64,000 bases of DNA from Candidatus Marinacidobacterales bacterium (lineage in GTDB: Bacteria; Acidobacteriota; Vicinamibacteria; Marinacidobacterales; SMYC01), in NCBI GenBank assembly GCA_965247365.1, contig CBDFHB010000001.1, forward strand, positions 202,550-266,549, written 5' to 3'. This document shows positions 48,829-59,115 of this stretch, piece by piece. The notes beneath the pieces were generated by a model, which was not told where the DNA came from, searched no databases, and worked only from the letters and a program-made list of their open reading frames with translations. Numbering within the stretch: position 1 is the stretch's first letter; the number at the start of each line of letters is the position of its first letter. Made by a program: the position numbers and the translations under genes.

Positions 48829-49596
48829 ATGCATAAGAACGCCAATCCGGTTACGCACTTATGCTATTCGGACGTCGACAATATATTTATCCGCGGTAAG
48901 AACCTAGTCGATGAGCTAGTCGGCCAAGTTACCTTCACGGAGATGATGCTCTTTCACATGCTGAAAGAACAACCGACGCGGCTGCAAGTCGCCGTCGTCG
49001 ATGCCGTCCTGGTCACGATTATGGAGCACGGCCTGACTCCGACTGCGATCGCGGCGCGGCAAACTTTTCTAGGTGCACCAGAATCTTTACAAGGCGCAGT
49101 GGCGGCCGGGATCCTTGGCGTCGGTACCCGCTTCGCGGGGACCTCGGGCGACTGCGCTCATTTGCTCGAAGAGATCGTCAACACGGAAAAAGGTGAAAAA
49201 CAGAATGTCGCCACGGCAATCGCCAAGCGGTTTCGAGCCGCAGGCAAACCATTGCCCGGGTACGGACATCCAATCCACAAAAACGGCGATCGCCGCGTCG
49301 ATAAGCTGGTGGAAATCGCCCGGGCGCATGGCGCTAAAGGCGATTACATCGAGGCAATGTACATACTCGGTGATGCCATCAATGCCGAACTCGGCAAGAA
49401 GCTAATCATCAACGCCAGCGCCGGCATGGGTGCCGCACTAGCGGAAGCCGGCATTCCTGCGTCAATCATGCAGGGCGTCGTGATCGTGTCGCGATGCGCG
49501 GGCATCGTCGGACACCTGCTGGAGGAAATGGAAGAGCCGGCCGCCAACTTCATGTGGGAGCTCATCGAAGAAAAGGTTCCCTACGCAAAGCCATAG
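48829..49596 (+). CDS. Citrate synthase-like / citryl-CoA lyase family protein (short form)
   Basis: GYGHPIHKNGDRR parallels the citrate synthase GFGHRVYK.DPR active-site region. Lower GC than the surroundings. Perfect TATAAT and GGAG Shine-Dalgarno upstream. Confidence 0.55.
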   Translation: MHKNANPVTHLCYSDVDNIFIRGKNLVDELVGQVTFTEMMLFHMLKEQPTRLQVAVVDAVLVTIMEHGLTPTAIAARQTFLGAPESLQGAVAAGILGVGTRFAGTSGDCAHLLEEIVNTEKGEKQNVATAIAKRFRAAGKPLPGYGHPIHKNGDRRVDKLVEIARAHGAKGDYIEAMYILGDAINAELGKKLIINASAGMGAALAEAGIPASIMQGVVIVSRCAGIVGHLLEEMEEPAANFMWELIEEKVPYAKP

Positions 49597-49600
49597 CGCG

Positions 49601-50923
49601 TCAGTCCACAGCCTCCGAATAATCCAGCAGTTTGGATTTGTATTCTTCGCGCGGCAAGCTGCCGTAAGGTACCAAGATTACATTACTGGCCACTAACAAT
49701 TTGGCGCGAATGCTCGCTTGGATACGCTCGGCGAGATCCGACGGCGCCTCTTGCACACCTTTCCCCAGCTCTATCTTGATTGGCAAAGGAGGATCTTGGG
49801 AAACGCCCCGCTTATTCGGGGTAATGCGAAAAGTCCCGCCAATATCGGGCTGAAAGTCGTTCAGCAAACTGCGCACCGCGGTCGGGAATAGGTTCACGCC
49901 GCGAACGATCAGCATGTCATCGGTGCGGCCAATGCAACGGATTCGTGGGGTATTACGTCCACAGGCACAGACTTCGGTTCTGACTACCACATGGTCGCGA
50001 CTGCGAATGCGTACGACTGGCTGGGCTTCTCGCACCAAAGCAGTGTAGATCAACTCACCTTCAGCCCCGTCTTCCCAAGGCACGGGTTGCTCGGTCTGAG
50101 GATCGATCAGTTCGACGAAACTATTGTCGCGGGCGGAATAATGCATACCCCCCTCGTGCTCGCACTCACCCCAGACCGACGTTGAAATGTCGCCCGTTCC
50201 CATCGCTTCTCGCATCGTGCAACCAAACGCGGACTCGACCCGACCACGAATAGCGGCTTCCCCTCCTCCGGGTTCGCCAGCGGTCGCCATGTTCTTGATG
50301 CCTAAAGAAAGCGGATCGATGTCGCGCTCGCTACACCAATCGATTAGATACAACGCGTACGACGGCGTGCAAGCCAAGCCGGTCGCGCCCAAGTGCTGAA
50401 ACGCTTTGACCAAACGCTCGGTGTTGCCAGTGCCGATCGGGATCACACTGGCGCCGAGCAAGTCGTAGCCGGCGTAAGCGCCGCCCGCGACAAACGGGCC
50501 AATGTTGAAAGCAACCACCAAACCTTGCCCAGGTCGAAAACCGCAGGCTGTATACGATCGTGCGGTATTTACTGCCCACACGTCATAAAGGTCTTTGTGA
50601 GTCACCGCGATATAGCAGGGGGTACCGGTGGTGCCGCTGGTAGAAAACGTCCTCACTAGCTTCTTGGGGTCGGCGGCTAAATGTGCCCCCAGCGGTGGGC
50701 ATTCGGCCTGAGTCGCCCTAATGTCTTCTTTTACGGTGAAGGGTAGCTTCCCGATCTCGCTCAAATCACCAACACTCTTGGCGGTTTTGAAACCGGCCTC
50801 TGCAAACTTCTTTCGATAGAACGGTGAACGTTCGAACAGATACTCGATCTGCTTTTTGTATAAAGCTTCATCGCGCTGCCGTTGTTCAGCAGGGTCGCGG
50901 GTTTCAACCTGCGGGTCGAACAT
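49601..50923 (-). CDS. Phenylacetate-CoA ligase (PaaK) family adenylate-forming enzyme
   Basis: TSGTTGTP adenylation motif. LIVRGVNLFPTAV. Lower GC. Confidence 0.75.
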   Translation of the reverse strand: MFDPQVETRDPAEQRQRDEALYKKQIEYLFERSPFYRKKFAEAGFKTAKSVGDLSEIGKLPFTVKEDIRATQAECPPLGAHLAADPKKLVRTFSTSGTTGTPCYIAVTHKDLYDVWAVNTARSYTACGFRPGQGLVVAFNIGPFVAGGAYAGYDLLGASVIPIGTGNTERLVKAFQHLGATGLACTPSYALYLIDWCSERDIDPLSLGIKNMATAGEPGGGEAAIRGRVESAFGCTMREAMGTGDISTSVWGECEHEGGMHYSARDNSFVELIDPQTEQPVPWEDGAEGELIYTALVREAQPVVRIRSRDHVVVRTEVCACGRNTPRIRCIGRTDDMLIVRGVNLFPTAVRSLLNDFQPDIGGTFRITPNKRGVSQDPPLPIKIELGKGVQEAPSDLAERIQASIRAKLLVASNVILVPYGSLPREEYKSKLLDYSEAVD

Positions 50924-51054
50924 AGATAAACTCCACGGGCTGCCGGTGCTTTTGCCCTATCAATATTAATACTTCATCCCCGTCGGCAACGACTTGGAGA
51001 AATGGGACTACTTCTGGGACGCTATAGAATACCTGGGATGACGGAATTCTTCGG

Positions 51055-51603
51055 ATGCGACCGTGGTGGATCAGAACGCTCGAGCAGCTGACGCGCCCAC
51101 GGGTACTCGCTACCGTTGCGCCGGCTCTGGTGACCTACGTGATGTCGGCCGTAGGTCTCCACTCCACCGAGTTCACCCTGGTCGAGCTCGACGTCGGGTC
51201 GCCCGGCGTTCTCGAAGCTGCGTTTGGGGTGGCCCTCTTCACCTTGTGCTATGCGCTGGTGCCCGTGGGAATGGGCTACGCCTGGTCAAGCGACCGCGAG
51301 CTCGGTTTCATGGCCTGGCTGGGTCTGACTGGGCTACTCGGAATCCCAGTCCTGGTCTTGGCGGCAGAGACCGGCTGGCTGAGTCTCTTGGGCTTCCTCG
51401 TCCACCTACTAATGGCGCCGAGGGGCACGCGTCTGTGGCTCGCCATCGAGTACGGCTTCTCGGCGTTCTGCCTGTTGACCTTCCGGGCCTTCTACCAGAA
51501 TGTTGCGTTGTTTCCTTGGGGGCTCCCGGTCCTGGTGCTTCAGGCCGGGGTGTTGTTGCTGATGGCGAAGTACTCACGCGAGTGGTGGGTCGACGATCCG
51601 TGA
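51055..51603 (+). CDS. Hypothetical integral membrane protein
   Basis: 182 aa with about 5 hydrophobic helices. Confidence 0.35.
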   Translation: MRPWWIRTLEQLTRPRVLATVAPALVTYVMSAVGLHSTEFTLVELDVGSPGVLEAAFGVALFTLCYALVPVGMGYAWSSDRELGFMAWLGLTGLLGIPVLVLAAETGWLSLLGFLVHLLMAPRGTRLWLAIEYGFSAFCLLTFRAFYQNVALFPWGLPVLVLQAGVLLLMAKYSREWWVDDP

Positions 51604-51749
51604 CCGTGCCCAACTCGCGGCCAAGTAGTCTGGATCGTCCGTTGGCGGAACCCCGGACCTCAGCAGGTTAGGAAGAGGCCGCTAACACTTGCTAAAGCAC
51701 CCCAGCGAAGGACCCGAGACCCTTGGCCGAGTTTCCGTACCCTACGGGG

Positions 51750-54700
51750 TCATCGCCAACGGCCCGGCACGAACATGTCTGCGAATCGCTCGGGCGCCTC
51801 GATTCCGCGAGCACGCAACCAGGCGTCCGCCTCGGCTCGGAGCGCGTTCCCCTCATCGCCTTGCATCAACGCGCCGCGCCGCCGCTGCGCGGCCGCCTTG
51901 TACGAGAGCAGATCCACGCGCTCCAGCTCGTGCTCGGCCGACTCCAGCGCAGCCAGCGCCTCGTCAAGACGACCCTCGAGCGAGTGACTCCCGGCCACGA
52001 GAAGAAGCGACCACCCTCGACTCCAAGACGTTCTCTCCCGGGCGACGCGCCGCACGTCGCGACGGAGCGACCTTTGGATCTCCTCACGCCGACCATTGCC
52101 TCCACCGTCGCCACCAAGTGCCGACAGCGCGGCCCGCGCCCTCAACGTGTGATAGAACACTCTCGTGAGCTGTGCGTAGAGTAGATGCGAACGGCGAAGC
52201 CGCCCGCGTCTCGATTCCATGATCTCGAGCGCCTCCCATCCACGGCCTTCGTACAAGGCGACGTCCACGAGGCCGAACATCCCGTCGCAATGCTGGATGT
52301 GAAAACCCTCCGGCGTCCACTCGGACAACGCCTCGCGGATCTCGCCTCGCGCCCGTTCGGGCTCGTCGTCGGCCAGACGGATGAAGTAGGGATAGGGCAT
52401 GAGTCGCAATCCGACGTGGGCGTAGAGGTCGCCGCGCGCCTCGGCTTCGTCGAGCAGAGGAGGGAGCTGCTTCGCCATCCGTTTCCATTCCCCTAACATG
52501 GACATCCCCGACAGCGCGATGATCTGAGCTGTCGTTCGCTCCCAGCCGACGCCGACGGACTCTCGACGAAAAATCGTCAACGCTCGATCGCAGAAGTCCC
52601 TGGCTTGACGAAAGTCGCCCAGAAGCCATGCCATCGTGCCGCGCATCGCGAGACCGAACGCCCGCACGAGAGGATCGTCGAGCTCCGCGGCGAGCGACTC
52701 GAAACGCCGATAGACGCTCTCTCCTCTGGGACGGCCGCGCTCGCCTGCAATCGCGCAGTACGCGACCTCGGCGGCAAGAGCGAGAGCCACCCGACGAGGA
52801 TCGCCGACCCTCGTGGCGAGAAGAAAGAATCTCGAGTGGAAATCCGAGCCGAGGAAGGCATCGATGAGACCGATGCCGAAACCCGCCGTCCAGCATAGGT
52901 TGAGCTGATCGGCTGCCTTCTTGGACAGCGGGGCACCGCGCGTTCCGCGCGCTGGTAAGCCGCGGAGTCGTACCCGCGCACGATTCCAGGCGGTCGACAA
53001 GAGCACGTGCCAGGTCCCGCCGGGAAACCAGATGCCGCATTCGTGGCAGAGATCACGCAACAGCTCGATGCCCTCCTCCACGTGGCCACTCTTGAGATAG
53101 TGGTCTGCTGCGAGCCGCTGCAGCTCGAAGCGATCCTCGGGGGCGCTTCCGCGGGCCGTTCGCAAGTACTGCTGCGCGGCGTCGAAGCCGCGGCCGGCGT
53201 TCGATAGCGCGTCCGCGAGACTCCTCCGGAGCGCGACCTCGCGCTCGGGTCCGTGGGCTCCCCACTCGAGCGTCGTTCGATACAGCTCGGATGCCCTGTC
53301 GAATGCGAGCGCCGCAGCCGCGGATTCCGCCGCGCGTTCCGCATATAACGACGCCTTCTCCCGATCCCCTCCCAGCTCGAAGTGGTTCATCAAACGCTCG
53401 GGATCCACCCCAAGTTCCGCTTCCAGGGACACGGCCAACGCGGCGTGATGCGCTCGGACGCGGGGCTCACTTAGGCCGGCGAGTATCGACTCCCTTACGC
53501 GGTCGTGGAACACCTCGAGCGCATCCGAGTCGCGGCCGGCGGGGCTGGGACGAAGAAAACGCTCCGCCACCAGCCGATCCCGTTCCTCCGACCACGTCGC
53601 AGGGTTGCCGACACTGCGACAGGCCACGGACTCCTCGAGCCGCCGACCGGACACGGCGACGATCTCCAGAAGCTTGCGAGGGCCGATTGGCAGCGTCTCC
53701 ACGCGCGAGGCGATGACCCGGTCGAGTGTGACAGCGGTCTCCCCGACGTCGGCGCCCGAACGGCCCATCCAGTGCTGCACGAGCTGGTGCACGAAGAGCG
53801 GGTTGCCACCGGATTCGGCAGCGATCGTCCTCGCGACGTCCTGCGCTGGAGCGTGCCCGGCACGACGCAACAGCGCGGCCGCGAGCTCCTCGGCGTCGTC
53901 ATCCGCCAGCGCGCCGACCTGAAGCTCCTCGCTTGCCAACCCGGAGCCTATCGATGGCCTTGACAAGAGCTCGGAGAGAAACGGGCTCGAACCGGCGTCT
54001 TCGCCGCGATAGGCGAAAAGCCACAGAAGCGGAGGGGCCTCCGGCGGCGCCAAGAGCTCCGTCAGCAGTGGAACGCTGTCGAGGTCTCCCCAATGCGCGT
54101 CGTCGATGAAGAGCACCACGCGTCGTCGCTCGGCAAGGCGTCCGAGGAGCTCACGGAGCGCGAGAAAGGAGCGGCGCCGAAGCTCCACGCTGTCGGTAAT
54201 CCTGCTCACGGAAGCCGGGATACGGTGTCGCGCCGTGAGCTGAGACAGCACGGGAAACAAGCGCGCGAGGAGACCCGCGTTCCGGGGCAGAATCGCTTCG
54301 ACTTCGGCAACGGAAAAGCTCGAAAGGTAGCGCGCGAGCTCGTCGACGATCTCGTCCACCGCTTTGTACGGAAGCGACTCGCCGACGTAGCAGCGGCCTC
54401 CGAGAACGACGAGGTCGCCCCTCTCCTCACGAAGTTGTTTCAGAAAGTGCTGTACGAGCGTCGTCTTGCCGGCTCCGGATTCGCCCCGGATACGAACCAT
54501 CACCGCTTCGGCGCGCGAGCGCTCGAAGCTCTCCGCGAGCCGCTCTACGTGCCGACTCCGGCCAATGAGCTCCGTCGTATGCGATTCGATACGCGCGACA
54601 TCGTCGCCTCCGAGCCGAGAGACGACGGAAGCTCCATCAGGCCGTCTCGATGGATCCCTTTCCAGCAGCGCCGCGCACAGCTCGATGAGCTCCGCGGGGA

Positions 54701-55577
54701 AGTCGACGCCCGTCGGTGCCGGTGCCGGCTGCCCGCGTTTTTGCACGAGCACTTCGAAGGCACTTCCCTCGAACGGTGGAGCGCCGGTGAGGACTTCATG
54801 CAGAATTACCCCGACCGCGTACCAGTCGCTTGCCCGTGTGGGCTCTGCACCATCGAGGAGCTCGGGTGCGATGTAGTGCGGCGTACCCACAAGGGGGCCG
54901 GACCCGGATTCGAACGACACGTCGATCTCGCGTGCCATTCCGAAGTCGAGGACGACGACTCTTCCCGAGGGAGTCACCCAGACGTTCGAAGGCTTGATGT
55001 CCCGGTGGAGGATCCCATGCTCGTGAAGAGCGTGCACACCGGAAGAGAGCTGCCCGAGGGCGGCCATCACCTCCGCGGGTCGCTCTTTCGAGAACGTCAC
55101 AAAGTCCGTACCTTCGAGCAGCTCCATGCTGAGGTAGAACGAGCGGCCGTCATAGACGAGGTTGTGCACTCTGACGAGGTTCCGATGCCGCACCTGCTGG
55201 AGCAAGCGGAAGCCTTTCTTGAATCCGCGGATCGCTTTCGGGTCCAGGTGCCACAACGATTTCAGTGCGACGTGGGCGTCTCTCTGCCGGTCGTATGCGA
55301 GGAAGACGTCGCCGTAGCCGCCTTGACCGATAAGACGCCCGACGTCGAACCGATCCAGGCTGATCGAGCTCGGGTCGCTCGCATCCGGCTCGTCCGATTC
55401 AGGCAAGAGCCACGGCATGGACTCCGCCTGGTGATGAGCCAGTAGAGACTCGACCTCCTCGCGCAGCACCGCTGAGCGCCCGCAGAGGTCATCGACGAGC
55501 ACGGGCCATTCGGGCTCGGGTCGCTCGACGATGTGTTCGAAAACCTTCCGGACCTCCCTCCACCTCTCAGGGCTCAT
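51750..55577 (-). CDS. Ser/Thr protein kinase fused to AAA/STAND ATPase and TPR repeats (about 1275 aa; start at MSPERWREVRKVF)
   Basis: Kinase LIGQGGYGDVF, HRDIKPSNV, DFGMA. Walker A IRGESGAGKTTL. Long TPR-like C-terminus. Confidence 0.85.
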   Translation of the reverse strand: MSPERWREVRKVFEHIVERPEPEWPVLVDDLCGRSAVLREEVESLLAHHQAESMPWLLPESDEPDASDPSSISLDRFDVGRLIGQGGYGDVFLAYDRQRDAHVALKSLWHLDPKAIRGFKKGFRLLQQVRHRNLVRVHNLVYDGRSFYLSMELLEGTDFVTFSKERPAEVMAALGQLSSGVHALHEHGILHRDIKPSNVWVTPSGRVVVLDFGMAREIDVSFESGSGPLVGTPHYIAPELLDGAEPTRASDWYAVGVILHEVLTGAPPFEGSAFEVLVQKRGQPAPAPTGVDFPAELIELCAALLERDPSRRPDGASVVSRLGGDDVARIESHTTELIGRSRHVERLAESFERSRAEAVMVRIRGESGAGKTTLVQHFLKQLREERGDLVVLGGRCYVGESLPYKAVDEIVDELARYLSSFSVAEVEAILPRNAGLLARLFPVLSQLTARHRIPASVSRITDSVELRRRSFLALRELLGRLAERRRVVLFIDDAHWGDLDSVPLLTELLAPPEAPPLLWLFAYRGEDAGSSPFLSELLSRPSIGSGLASEELQVGALADDDAEELAAALLRRAGHAPAQDVARTIAAESGGNPLFVHQLVQHWMGRSGADVGETAVTLDRVIASRVETLPIGPRKLLEIVAVSGRRLEESVACRSVGNPATWSEERDRLVAERFLRPSPAGRDSDALEVFHDRVRESILAGLSEPRVRAHHAALAVSLEAELGVDPERLMNHFELGGDREKASLYAERAAESAAAALAFDRASELYRTTLEWGAHGPEREVALRRSLADALSNAGRGFDAAQQYLRTARGSAPEDRFELQRLAADHYLKSGHVEEGIELLRDLCHECGIWFPGGTWHVLLSTAWNRARVRLRGLPARGTRGAPLSKKAADQLNLCWTAGFGIGLIDAFLGSDFHSRFFLLATRVGDPRRVALALAAEVAYCAIAGERGRPRGESVYRRFESLAAELDDPLVRAFGLAMRGTMAWLLGDFRQARDFCDRALTIFRRESVGVGWERTTAQIIALSGMSMLGEWKRMAKQLPPLLDEAEARGDLYAHVGLRLMPYPYFIRLADDEPERARGEIREALSEWTPEGFHIQHCDGMFGLVDVALYEGRGWEALEIMESRRGRLRRSHLLYAQLTRVFYHTLRARAALSALGGDGGGNGRREEIQRSLRRDVRRVARERTSWSRGWSLLLVAGSHSLEGRLDEALAALESAEHELERVDLLSYKAAAQRRRGALMQGDEGNALRAEADAWLRARGIEAPERFADMFVPGRWR

Positions 55578-55746
55578 AGTCACGAGATGCCCCCCGGGAC
55601 AGCGATCGCATCGACAACATCTTGTCGCGTAAGGATAGGAGAATTCATCCTCGTCGAACAAACGGGAACGGGGGCCATCTGGTATCCTCGGCGAGCCTCG
55701 TCAATCCGGCCTCGACTTATTCGGAGCTTACAGGAGGGAGACGTCC

Positions 55747-58407
55747 ATGCGTCGTCTAGTTGCCCGAATCGTGTTCATCGTCTCCGCGCCGTCCGCAGTT
55801 TTCGCCGCGGGACTTCCGGAGCCGCATCTCGGAACAGCACCCTCCAGTGAGGTCGAACACCGCCAAGACGCCCCGCAGAACCTAGACTTCGAGAACGGGC
55901 TGCGCGGCTGGACCGCGTCGGGGACGGCCTTCGATGCTCAACCCGTGGCCGGCGCCGGCATCAAGAGCGACGGCGACCGCCTCGCGCCCGGGGTCGGGGG
56001 CGACTATTGGCGAGGGCTACCCTATCCTTTGGGCCACCAGGGCGACCATCTCGTGAGCTCGGATGACATCGGGCGCGGCGAGCTGGTTTCCAGCGAGTTC
56101 GTCATCGTGGAGAGTGAGCGCTACTTCAGTTTTCTCATCGGCGGGCTCGATGACGCGGAGCGGGTTCGCTTTGAGCTACAGGTCCGGGGCGACACGGCTG
56201 CCGATACACGGGAGCTCGAGAGGCACATCCTTTCGTGGCAAGTTTCACGGGGATGGAAACCTGCGGAAGCGAGCGTTTCGTGGAACGAGAGCTTCCTGGT
56301 GCTGCAGGCAGCGACCGGTCATGGCGTCGAGGCTTTGCGCCAGGAGGTGTGGGAGCTACCCGCTTTCTTGCGTGGTCACCACGGCCGCATTCGGATCGTT
56401 GACGACTCCGACCAGCCCGGCGGCCACATCAACGTCGATTTCATCCGCCTGAGCCGAGAACGACCATCCGAGCATCTCGTGTCGGAAGTATGGGGTTTCG
56501 CGGACTACCACACCCATCCTATGGCGCACTTGGGCTTTGGAGGACTCAGCGGAATCAGTACGTTGTGGGGAGATCCCGGCGGCAATTACGAAGACTACGT
56601 TAACGACGATGAACGCATTACTCGGGACATCCCGGCGTGTATTCCACGGCATGGTCAGGATGCGGGGCCGTCGGCCGAGCCGTTCATCAACACTGCGGAG
56701 CATCGATTCCGGAAGCACGATGATTGGCGCGATCTGTGGAGCCTAATCACGGGTCGGATCACGCGGCACAAGCGTCACGGCGCCCCCGACTACCGCAACT
56801 TCCCGACGTTTCTCAGCGGTGCGCATCAGCAAATGCACGTCACCCAGATCCGACGAGCGTGGCAAGGTGGCCTCAGGCTCATGACCGCGATCGCAGTCCA
56901 TAATCGCGGCCTCGAGTACTTCGTTTCGAAGGTCCGCAACGGACGGATCGACCCGAGCACCGAGCTCGAGGTAGTGATAGCACAGGTCTGCGCGATGCAA
57001 CGACTCGCGCATTTGAACGACTGGATGAGGATCGCCTACTCGTCCGACGAGGCGCGCAGGATTATCCAAAGCGGCAAGCTCGCCGTCGTGCTCGGCGTCG
57101 AGGTGGACCAGCTCGGCGAGCTGGATAAACACCTCTCCTTTGCGGAGGAGGTTGAGCTCTTGTGGGACCTCGGGATCCGCCAAGTCACGCCGATTCACGC
57201 TATCGACAACCGCCTTGGCGGAGCAGCCGTATTCGAGGACGTTTACAACTCCGTCAACGACCTCGTTCATCGGGGAAATATGAACCTACGCCCGCAAGAT
57301 CTGGACGCGTGGCCGGCGAAGTTCTTCGACGTGCGCGACCGCAGTGATTGTTCAGCCAACGACGACGAGCTCGGAGACCGCGTCTTGTTCAGGCTCGAAA
57401 AGAAGTCGCGGGTCGTATTGAGGAGGACTCCCTACTCTCCTTTTCGTATCACGCCCGATATGAAAGAAATTGCAGCCTACGACGAAGGGCCTCTCGGACA
57501 CACAAACGCGAAGGGCCTTACACCTTGCGGGCGTCGGTACATCGATTTACTGATCCAGCGTGGAATTTTGGTCGATATCGCGCACATGTCGCAGCGCAGC
57601 GTCGACGACGCCTTCGCGACCGTGGGAGAGCAACTGGAACGGGAGGGTCGACCGGAGTGCGCCAGACTCGGAACGGATCCCGACCTTCCCCCCTCGTGCT
57701 ACGCAGACGCCCCGCCTCTCGTCGCCTCCCACGCGCACTTCCGCCGGCTCTCGTACCAGAGACGAAAGGACACTACCGTTGAAGGCTTCTTACCCAGCGA
57801 ATACGAGCTGAGCGACCACGTAACAACGATCGTAAGCGAGCTCAACGGGATCGTCGGACCCTTCGTGAGCGAGGGTCCGGTCCATCCGCCAAACACGCTC
57901 GAGCTTCCCTTCGCCAACGATTGCGCCATGTCCTCGAAGAGCTTTGGAGTCTCGTGGTTGTACGGACAAAAATTGATGAATCGCACCGGCGTGGGGCTGG
58001 CCACGGACTTCGCCTTCATTCCGAGCGTGGCTCCGCGCTTCGGCCCCAACGCGTGCTGGGCCTATAAACTTGCCGATAACGCGAAGAAGGAGAGGGAGAA
58101 ATCTCCAGGAATGTACCTAACCGACGAGCAGCGAGACGGCGTCGTATACCAGAGATGTCCGAAAGATCCCCGTGTGACATACGGCGAAAACGAACCTCTC
58201 GTTCCATATCAGATGGGTAGTCGCACCTATGACTTCAATGTCGACGGCCTCGCTCACTACGGACTGTTACCGGACCTGTTGCAAGACATCAGGAACTTGG
58301 GTATGGAGGCCTCCGACTTCGCGTCGCTATTCGGCTCGGCAGAGGCGTTTTTGCGTACGTGGAAAGAGGCAGAGAGGCATCAGGAGCCAGTGAGGGCGAT
58401 TGACTAG
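55747..58407 (+). CDS. Secreted 886-aa protein with N-terminal lectin/LamG-like domain followed by peptidase M19 (renal dipeptidase)-like amidohydrolase core with large insertions
   Basis: Signal peptide. DYHTHPMAHLGFGG (HxH metal site). VDIAHMSQRS. GVGLATDFAFIP (resembles GIGSDFDG). Confidence 0.5.
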   Translation: MRRLVARIVFIVSAPSAVFAAGLPEPHLGTAPSSEVEHRQDAPQNLDFENGLRGWTASGTAFDAQPVAGAGIKSDGDRLAPGVGGDYWRGLPYPLGHQGDHLVSSDDIGRGELVSSEFVIVESERYFSFLIGGLDDAERVRFELQVRGDTAADTRELERHILSWQVSRGWKPAEASVSWNESFLVLQAATGHGVEALRQEVWELPAFLRGHHGRIRIVDDSDQPGGHINVDFIRLSRERPSEHLVSEVWGFADYHTHPMAHLGFGGLSGISTLWGDPGGNYEDYVNDDERITRDIPACIPRHGQDAGPSAEPFINTAEHRFRKHDDWRDLWSLITGRITRHKRHGAPDYRNFPTFLSGAHQQMHVTQIRRAWQGGLRLMTAIAVHNRGLEYFVSKVRNGRIDPSTELEVVIAQVCAMQRLAHLNDWMRIAYSSDEARRIIQSGKLAVVLGVEVDQLGELDKHLSFAEEVELLWDLGIRQVTPIHAIDNRLGGAAVFEDVYNSVNDLVHRGNMNLRPQDLDAWPAKFFDVRDRSDCSANDDELGDRVLFRLEKKSRVVLRRTPYSPFRITPDMKEIAAYDEGPLGHTNAKGLTPCGRRYIDLLIQRGILVDIAHMSQRSVDDAFATVGEQLEREGRPECARLGTDPDLPPSCYADAPPLVASHAHFRRLSYQRRKDTTVEGFLPSEYELSDHVTTIVSELNGIVGPFVSEGPVHPPNTLELPFANDCAMSSKSFGVSWLYGQKLMNRTGVGLATDFAFIPSVAPRFGPNACWAYKLADNAKKEREKSPGMYLTDEQRDGVVYQRCPKDPRVTYGENEPLVPYQMGSRTYDFNVDGLAHYGLLPDLLQDIRNLGMEASDFASLFGSAEAFLRTWKEAERHQEPVRAID

Positions 58408-58548
58408 GGTTTCAGCACAGCTACTTGCCCGGGAGGGCACGAAGCCCGGTTACCCACTTCGTCAACTAAGTGGGCAACCGGGCGTCCAGGCTCGGGATTT
58501 GTTTTGGTCGTCGCAACCTTCCTTTCCCACCTGAACGGATAGTGATGA

Positions 58549-59106
58549 TTAGCTGCCGCCAAAACCGACGACGACACCTGCGGCCACACGCAATTCCTGT
58601 CCGTATTCGTCTTCGTCAGAGAGGAGCTGCCGGTAGTCCACCTGGATCCGCGCCGACACCCGGTTGCTAAGCCGAATATCCCAGCCCACGCCCGGCTGGA
58701 TCGCGGTATCGGTTGCCGTTTCTTCGAATCTCCCGCTGGAGCGTTCCTCGTCGAACCGAAGAGCGAACTGGCCGATGAGAAACTGGCCGAAGAAGCCTCC
58801 TTTGCGGAAGCGGACCCCGCCCATCGTCGTGTAAATCTTGAAACTGTCCGACTCGACGGTCTTGGAGCTGCCGGCGAACTCACCGACGATCGAGAGCCAG
58901 CCGGTCGCGTTCCAGCCGGCCGACACGAAGAAGCCTTGCGGCACGCTCTCGATGGCTGGGATATCGAACACATACTGGTACCCTCCCGACAGTTCCGCGA
59001 CGGGAGGCTCCTTTGCCAGGGACGAGCTGGCCAGGAACAGGATCAAAAGGCACGCGTTGAATGTTTTCGGGTATAGCCGCTGCTTCGACATCTCTTTTCC
59101 TTTCAT
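58549..59106 (-). CDS. Outer-membrane beta-barrel protein (OmpA-N/OmpW-like)
   Basis: Signal peptide. Alternating aromatic/hydrophobic beta-strands. C-terminal AAGVVVGFGGS. Confidence 0.55.
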   Translation of the reverse strand: MKGKEMSKQRLYPKTFNACLLILFLASSSLAKEPPVAELSGGYQYVFDIPAIESVPQGFFVSAGWNATGWLSIVGEFAGSSKTVESDSFKIYTTMGGVRFRKGGFFGQFLIGQFALRFDEERSSGRFEETATDTAIQPGVGWDIRLSNRVSARIQVDYRQLLSDEDEYGQELRVAAGVVVGFGGS

Positions 59107-59115
59107 CGATTTGCC

